A stretch of 64,000 nucleotides of DNA from Bacillota bacterium (lineage in GTDB: Bacteria > Macinerneyibacteriota > Macinerneyibacteria > Macinerneyibacteriales > DSCS01), in NCBI GenBank assembly GCA_011048995.1, contig DSCS01000064.1, positions 7,864 to 71,863 of the forward strand, written 5' to 3'. The notes under the pieces were generated by a model. That model had not been told where the DNA came from. It ran no database searches and saw nothing but the letters and a program-made list of their open reading frames with translations. The translations under genes and the position numbers were made by a program. Positions 63,950 to 64,000 of the stretch are shown piece after piece (within the stretch, counting starts at the first letter, position 1; each line of letters starts with the position of its first letter).

Positions 63950-64000
63950 GAGTTCTTTTCCGCCTTTTTTCCGACATTATATCCTTATTTGGCCAAAGGT

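Overview
This is a 64 kb chromosomal segment from a diderm, probably anaerobic bacterium. The diderm call rests on ExbB-ExbD-ExbD-TonB, TonB-dependent receptor, OmpA-type and beta-barrel OMP genes. A ~1045-aa SecA with a long preprotein-binding-domain insertion and FlgD-Ig/OmpA architectures hint at an FCB-group-like or candidate-phylum lineage, but that is only an inference.

I call 68 CDS, all but eight on the minus strand. Many have 4-30 nt start/stop overlaps, so they form long co-directional arrays. I also call one tRNA-Leu(CAA), one cobalamin riboswitch, several near-consensus sigma70 promoters and several rho-independent terminators. I found no transposases, integrases, prophage genes, CRISPR arrays or rRNA.

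The housekeeping content is:
- panB, folK and folC
- the array dgt-ribD-ribE-ribBA-ribH-nusB
- secA, nadE, gdhA, speH-speE, ndk and surE
- feoA-feoB plus a small Cys-rich ORF that the ORF track missed
- three tandem M42 peptidases
- a proline-dehydrogenase/sarcosine-oxidase-like flavoenzyme pair

The non-routine content is regulatory:
1. An orphan six-gene module (DRTGG x2, PHP phosphoesterase, GHKL ATPase x2, [FeFe]-hydrogenase-like Fe-S protein) with no hydrogenase structural genes in the window.
2. A translationally coupled two-gene unit. Its second protein combines a DUF4388-type cytoplasmic domain carrying two tandem MshEN-type c-di-GMP-binding motifs, a Pro-rich linker, and a C-terminal pseudopilin (GspG-like) module that lacks a prepilin cleavage site.
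3. A degenerate PP2C - TM - PQQ beta-propeller protein at the head of a cell-wall hydrolase/secA array.
4. Two stand-alone cNMP-binding proteins coupled to a GAF-PAS-PP2C phosphatase.
5. An ECF sigma / bPH-like membrane protein / secreted FecR-domain cluster, with a FecR-domain paralog elsewhere in the window.
6. A sensor-less sigma54 activator.
7. Candidate cis-elements upstream of wtpA, speH and folK.

All functional calls come from motif and family recognition by eye. No database search was run.
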